Part shown: piece by piece, positions 56,748 through 58,368 of the stretch
How the letters are laid out: each line of letters starts with the position of its first letter
How positions within the stretch are numbered: position 1 is the stretch's first letter
From: Fibrobacterota bacterium
Lineage (GTDB): Bacteria; Fibrobacterota; Fibrobacteria; UBA11236
Direction: 5' to 3'
NCBI GenBank assembly: GCA_043753995.1
Contig: JAYUVP010000043.1
Location: 1 to 58,368 of the forward strand
Length of the DNA stretch: 58,368 bases
The notes under the pieces: model-generated
What the model was told of the DNA's origin: nothing
The model's database searches: none
The model's input: the letters and a program-made list of their open reading frames with translations, nothing else
Program-made: the position numbers and the translations under genes

Positions 56748-57490
56748 TTGGGATCATAATCCTGATAAGTGACCTGTTCCAAGCACAATCCTTGGGGAGG
56801 AGCCCAAGTCCAACTCGCATTTTTTTCGCCTGACAAGACCCGGCGGATGAAGCCCGGCGCTTGCAAACCGCAACCCACTTCGACAGCGGCTCCGACCAAG
56901 GAGCGAACCATCTTGTGCAGAAAGCGATTGGCCTCGATATGCACGCAGGGAAAATCATCCCCATCTTCCCGGCCGATTTCGCATCGGAGCACATGGCATA
57001 AGGTGGATTTTCCATCGTGTCTGGGCACGCAAAAAGCTACAAAATCATGCTCTCCCAAGACCGAGGCGAGCTCTTGGCTCAAGAGATCGGCGCGCAGCGG
57101 CGCTCGAATGCGCCAAGTAAAAGGCGCCTGCAAGGGCGAGGGCCGCAAGGCGAGGCGATAGCGATAACGCCGCGTCAAGGCAGAGTAACGCGCGTGAAAC
57201 GTCTCGGGGCAAGGCTCCATGGCCCGCACCGCCAAATCGCCACCCGCCAAGGCATTCAAGGAACGCTGCAATTTGGCGACATCGACGCCGTCGGGCAAGT
57301 CGGCATGCGCCACCTGTCCCCGCGCATGCACGCCCGCATCGGTGCGCCCCGAACCGACCACACCTATCTCGGTGCGCAAGGCCGTCCCCAAGGCCTTTTC
57401 CAAATCGCCTTGCACCGTACGCGCGCCCGGCTGGATTTGCCAGCCTGCATAGGGCGTTCCGAGATATTCGACGACAAAGCGATGACGCAT
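56744..57490 (-). CDS. truA: tRNA pseudouridine(38-40) synthase
   Basis: GWQIQ, GSGRTDAGVHA, FHARY, FLHKMVR, APPQGLCL. Confidence 0.96.
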   Translation of the reverse strand: MRHRFVVEYLGTPYAGWQIQPGARTVQGDLEKALGTALRTEIGVVGSGRTDAGVHARGQVAHADLPDGVDVAKLQRSLNALAGGDLAVRAMEPCPETFHARYSALTRRYRYRLALRPSPLQAPFTWRIRAPLRADLLSQELASVLGEHDFVAFCVPRHDGKSTLCHVLRCEIGREDGDDFPCVHIEANRFLHKMVRSLVGAAVEVGCGLQAPGFIRRVLSGEKNASWTWAPPQGLCLEQVTYQDYDPK

Positions 57491-57547
57491 TCGGGTGTTT
57501 TCTAGGGAGAAAGAGAAAACGGAAAAATAGCCGATTTCAACGGCGAA

Positions 57548-58368
57548 TTAGAAACGCAAATCCACCGAATGAATCGGACGCGGCACCCGTAACTCCGAAG
57601 CTTCGGAAGCCGGAGCCTCTATATCCGGCGCATGGCGATAATTCACGGCGCGTAAATCCAAGCCTTGAACCTGCAAGGTCGCCGCCAAAGTCACCGTTTC
57701 CGCGCTCACTTGCGCCCCCGCCGGTTCGCCGGAATTGCGCAAATCCAAATCGATATCGGTATTCGTTAGCTTCACCTGCGCCACCGCCTGTCCCAAAGCC
57801 TGGCCCGTCCAATCCACGGTTGCCGTCCAGGGCGTGGACGTCTTGCTACGCTGGCCTCCCTGCTTTTCCGGGTCCAGGGCCTCGCCCTGCATGCGCACGG
57901 CATGCCATTGAGGAGCCTGAAACACAAAGAGATTCACCGTTGCGGGCGCATGGGTATTCGCCTCGGATTTCGGCTCGGGCAGCAAGGCCTGCAGGGCCGC
58001 GCGCAAAGGGACATCCTTGCTTTCCGCGCCTGTGGGCATTTGCGCCCATTGCTCCAGGGTGAGACCGGCTTCGGCTTGTCCCGGAGGCCTTGGCCCCAGG
58101 GCCGCCGTCAATAAGGCCTGGGCCTTGGCATCGACCGGCCTCAAAAGCGTTTTCTCCGAAAGCCAAACCGGGTCGCCCTTTTCCATTCCCATAGGTTTTC
58201 CCGGATCGCCAAGGTCAGCCACGGGACGGAATAAGCGCAAGACGGGCAAGGCCGCCGCCGGATCTCGCAAAACTTGCCCCCAGGAGCGTAACGTGGCGGT
58301 TTCCTCGGTGGGCTTGGGTGGAGACTCCAACCACAGGCGCAATAGCCCTTCCCTTTCCGCAACCGTGG
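57548..58368 (-). CDS. 3' part of a protein with a FliK-like C-terminal domain (5' partial)
   Basis: Frame open to the window edge; LGQAVAQVKL...LAATLQVQGL...SVDLRF resembles the hook-length control C-domain. Confidence 0.5.
   Translation of the reverse strand, partial: TVAEREGLLRLWLESPPKPTEETATLRSWGQVLRDPAAALPVLRLFRPVADLGDPGKPMGMEKGDPVWLSEKTLLRPVDAKAQALLTAALGPRPPGQAEAGLTLEQWAQMPTGAESKDVPLRAALQALLPEPKSEANTHAPATVNLFVFQAPQWHAVRMQGEALDPEKQGGQRSKTSTPWTATVDWTGQALGQAVAQVKLTNTDIDLDLRNSGEPAGAQVSAETVTLAATLQVQGLDLRAVNYRHAPDIEAPASEASELRVPRPIHSVDLRF

Noticed and set aside
1..58368. CRISPR arrays, IS elements, rRNA, reverse transcriptase/retron or recognisable anti-phage defence genes
   Set aside because: No regularly spaced repeats, transposase, RT or such motifs noticed by eye; the SNF2 and UvrD helicases are ordinary rapA/uvrD

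Overview
58.4-kb bacterial chromosomal window, probably FCB-superphylum and most likely Fibrobacterota. The taxonomy is inferred from the PorV-like barrels, the FlgD-type C-terminal domain, D(S/T)x-rich secreted proteins and short basic C-terminal tails. Most of it is housekeeping: coaD, rsmD, pilM, comEA, pyrG, kdsB, gatC/gatA, uvrD, rapA, leuA, dapB, rpsF-rpsR-rplI, tRNA-Leu(TAA), gmhB, rsgA, ABC-F, lolA, murC-like, recD2, rph, pheA, degP-like, truA. The standout is a tightly coupled + strand cluster at ~45060-51273 that looks like a polymorphic effector/immunity system. In order it encodes: (1) a signal-less OmpA-C protein with a peptidoglycan-binding domain nested inside it; (2) a signal-less LysM + DUF3289-like putative toxin; (3) a lipoprotein immunity candidate; (4) an unannotated orphan copy of the toxin's last 36 codons; (5) a second paralogous immunity gene; (6) a signal-less PG-binding/M15 zinc peptidase; (7) a secreted immunity candidate. 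No VgrG/PAAR/Hcp/Rhs or phage genes are in view. Also found outside the ORF track: a Leu-rich leader peptide attenuator upstream of leuA, a 31-aa bS22/AURKAIP1-like ORF followed by a structured region and terminator in front of recD2, a vapBC promoter/operator, and a probable CTG start for an NlpC/P60 lipoprotein. All family assignments come from motif recognition by eye; no searches were run.
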